A DNA stretch of 64,000 nucleotides from an uncultured delta proteobacterium (GTDB lineage: Bacteria > Desulfobacterota > Desulfobaccia > Desulfobaccales > 0-14-0-80-60-11), in assembly GCA_963812015.1 (NCBI GenBank), contig CAWETI010000003.1, forward strand, positions 800,001 through 864,000. The letters run 5' to 3'. How positions within the stretch are numbered: position 1 is the first letter of the stretch; each line of letters opens with the position of its first letter. Both the position numbers and the translations under genes were made by a program. This document shows positions 61,748-64,000 of the stretch, piece after piece. Under the pieces are notes generated by a model, which worked only from the letters and a program-made list of their open reading frames with translations, was not told the DNA's origin and ran no database searches.

Positions 61748-62896
61748 ATGCAGGAAATAGCTAAAACCGTTATTCAAGTTTACGGGGGATCGCCGAAAAA
61801 GCGCGGCTCCCTGGAAGAGTATTTTTTTTGGCTGACCCGTCGTCTCCGTGACCGCGGCTGGCGGTCGTTGTTCTGCTATGATCTTCTGCCTACCGGGGAA
61901 CTGTTCAATGCTTTCACGGATAGTGGCGCAGAGTTTCAGGTCATACGCACCACCAGATCGCGCCTGGACTTTCCTTTAATCAGGGATTTTCTGGGCCTAT
62001 TTCGACGAGAGCGGCCGGCGGTAGTGAACGTACACTTCGGCGCCCCTGGCATTAACGCCCTGATTGCAGCCCGGCTGGCCGGAATCAAGAAACGGGTCTG
62101 GACCAAACATTCCTTAGACGCCGTTTCCTACCGGGGGGACCTGCCCGGGTACAAACGGCTGCTGCATACCATCAACTACGAGGCGCTCTGGGCCACCGAC
62201 ATCGTCGCGGTTTCCCGGGCCGTGCAAAATGAGCTTGCTAACCATTTTATCACCGCCAAGGTGCAGCAAGTCTACCTCGGCATCGATCGGCGGCGTTTTG
62301 CCTCGGGCCGGGATGATCCCGGCAAACGCCGGGATCTCGGAGTCCCGACAGGCCGGCCCGTGGTGGCCTGTATCAGCCAGGCCAGACCGGAAAAGGGGGT
62401 CGAGTTCCTGGTGCGAGCCCTGGCCAAGTTAAAGGATGAGCCTTACTGCCCTTATGTTTTGATCGTCGGCGGCGGCCCCCTCACCGGAGAACTGGAGAAG
62501 CTGGCTGAGGCTCTGGGGGTCTTATCCCTCCTTAATTTCTGCGGCGTGCGCAATGACGTGGAAGACCTCCTGGCCATGGCTAACTTCACGGTGCTCCCCT
62601 CCCTCGAAGAGGCGGCTGGGCTGGCACTCCTAGAGTCATTGGCAGCCGGCAGACCGGTCATCGCCTCCCGGGTCGGCGGCGTTCCGGAATTTATTCACGA
62701 CGGCGTAAACGGTGTCCTGGTTGAGCCGGGTGACGCGGCCGGATTGGCGGTGGCTATGGCCGGCCTGTGCACCAACCCGAAACGGCTGTCCCACCTGAGT
62801 GGCCGCGCCACCACCAGCGCGGCGCAATACGATATAACCCGGGGCGTGGAAAAAACTATGGCCCTCTATCTTGGAGAAAGCAATAGTGGTAATTAA
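61748..62896 (+). CDS. GT4 family glycosyltransferase
   Basis: EKG, PSLEEA.GL.LLES.A.G.PVIASRVGG.PE. Confidence 0.92.
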   Translation: MQEIAKTVIQVYGGSPKKRGSLEEYFFWLTRRLRDRGWRSLFCYDLLPTGELFNAFTDSGAEFQVIRTTRSRLDFPLIRDFLGLFRRERPAVVNVHFGAPGINALIAARLAGIKKRVWTKHSLDAVSYRGDLPGYKRLLHTINYEALWATDIVAVSRAVQNELANHFITAKVQQVYLGIDRRRFASGRDDPGKRRDLGVPTGRPVVACISQARPEKGVEFLVRALAKLKDEPYCPYVLIVGGGPLTGELEKLAEALGVLSLLNFCGVRNDVEDLLAMANFTVLPSLEEAAGLALLESLAAGRPVIASRVGGVPEFIHDGVNGVLVEPGDAAGLAVAMAGLCTNPKRLSHLSGRATTSAAQYDITRGVEKTMALYLGESNSGN

Positions 62897-63959
62897 GATT
62901 GAGGTAGTACAGACCTTGTCCGGCCTGGCGGCCGTCCGCCACGAATGGGACAGGCTATGGCAAGAACTGGGGCAGCCCTCCCCTTATACGAGCTGGACCT
63001 GGCTCTGTGCCTGGGGGGAGGCCAACCGGATAGAACGGCGCCTGTTTATCCTGCTGGCCCGGGACGATGGCGGCACCCTGGTGGGCATCGCTCCCCTGCA
63101 ACGGGTTCCCCTGCCTATCCCAGGTCTCGGCGTCCTCACCTTCATCGGCCAGGAAACTTCGCTGAGCCCAGATTTTCTGGTCCAGGTGGGACGGGAGCGG
63201 GAGTTCTGCGAAGCGGTTTTACGGTATGTCTCCGGCAGGCGAAGCATCACAGGGGTGGTGCTAAAGATGGCCCAGCCATTGGGCGGGGCCGTCCCTTTGC
63301 TGGAGCAGTCCTTTGCTGAAAGATTTGGAGATGCGCTCATCGAGCAGTATTCCGTGCGGTCCATCGTGAAACTGCCGGAGAGCTACGAAGCCTTTCTGCA
63401 GACGCTCAGCCACGACATGCGCTTTAAGCTGCGCAAAGCCCGGAGAAAGCTGGCAGAAAAACATGCCCTGGAATTTCAGCACGATGGCGGAGAAGGAGAT
63501 TTCAACAACCGCCTAAATGAACTCTTTACCCTAAATGACCTACGCTGGGCTCAAAGCGGCGGCCGCAGGATATATGAAAGCCTCTACCCGCGCCTCCATG
63601 ATGCCGGCCTGATGAAGGTATTCTCGCTGAACGCCGATGGACGCCCGGCGGCGGGGCTGGGTGCGTTGATAACAAATAATAGTGTGCATGCGGAACTGGC
63701 CGGATTCGACTATGAGGTGGATGCTCGTCACTTGGGTAAGTGCTTTTACGGTCTGGTCATCGAATGGGCCATCCTGAACAACTACCGGTTTTTCGATTTC
63801 TCCAGCGGCAGCGAAGCATACAAGCTCTATTATAAACCACAGATTTTCCCAAAGTACCGAGTTACCATTACCAGTTCGGCTCTCGGGGCGTTCTTACTGA
63901 AAAAATTTCGGAGTCTGGGAAGGCGGATCAGGTGGTGGCGGGAGCCGGCCCTTTTATGA
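62886..63959 (+). CDS. GNAT family (CelD/BcsL-like) acetyltransferase
   Basis: W..W...W, LVGIAPL, LP.SYE.FL..LS and FDF..G.E.YK. Confidence 0.85.
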   Translation: MVIKIEVVQTLSGLAAVRHEWDRLWQELGQPSPYTSWTWLCAWGEANRIERRLFILLARDDGGTLVGIAPLQRVPLPIPGLGVLTFIGQETSLSPDFLVQVGREREFCEAVLRYVSGRRSITGVVLKMAQPLGGAVPLLEQSFAERFGDALIEQYSVRSIVKLPESYEAFLQTLSHDMRFKLRKARRKLAEKHALEFQHDGGEGDFNNRLNELFTLNDLRWAQSGGRRIYESLYPRLHDAGLMKVFSLNADGRPAAGLGALITNNSVHAELAGFDYEVDARHLGKCFYGLVIEWAILNNYRFFDFSSGSEAYKLYYKPQIFPKYRVTITSSALGAFLLKKFRSLGRRIRWWREPALL

Positions 63960-64000
63960 CTTCACGAGTGAACCTCCTGCGCCCGGGAACCGCGACTTCC

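Overview
A 64-kb bacterial chromosomal window. Gene content (flavodiiron protein, core methionine synthase, exosortase-linked EPS cluster, dense REP-like palindromes) suggests an anaerobic deltaproteobacterium/Desulfobacterota; this is inference only. Layout: (1) 1-9.5 kb, transport genes, several frameshifted or decayed (MFS, P-type ATPase, HPP, ClC-CBS, PIG-L, HGSNAT-like). (2) 9.6-13.8 kb, an IS1595 carrying a HEPN-like cargo gene with two in-frame TAGs, a REP cluster, and a complete IS110 whose bridge-RNA guides, CT core, REP target and circle-junction promoter can be read from the sequence. (3) 14-25 kb, core methionine synthase, recO, a desaturase and a Pho-related region (pstB remnant, dedA, phoB, 11-bp repeat boxes, methyltransferase-psd-PHP/GT operon). 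(4) 25-38 kb, tRNA-Lys and tRNA-Val, each followed by an integrative-element remnant; the two remnants share an ~830-bp GC-rich, apparently non-coding module in inverted orientation, bracketing housekeeping genes (birA, DnaJ-class chaperone, fprA, RelE-type TA). (5) 38-50 kb, IS debris, SH3 protein and a PAS-kinase/NarL pair with twin operator-like sites. (6) 50-64 kb, a Wzx/Wza/Wzc exopolysaccharide cluster. The most interesting unexplained items are the shared tRNA-island module, three transposase-less IS110-like mini-elements that all follow TGGCAAGYTA, and the double-amber HEPN cargo. All family calls come from motif recognition by eye; no searches were run.
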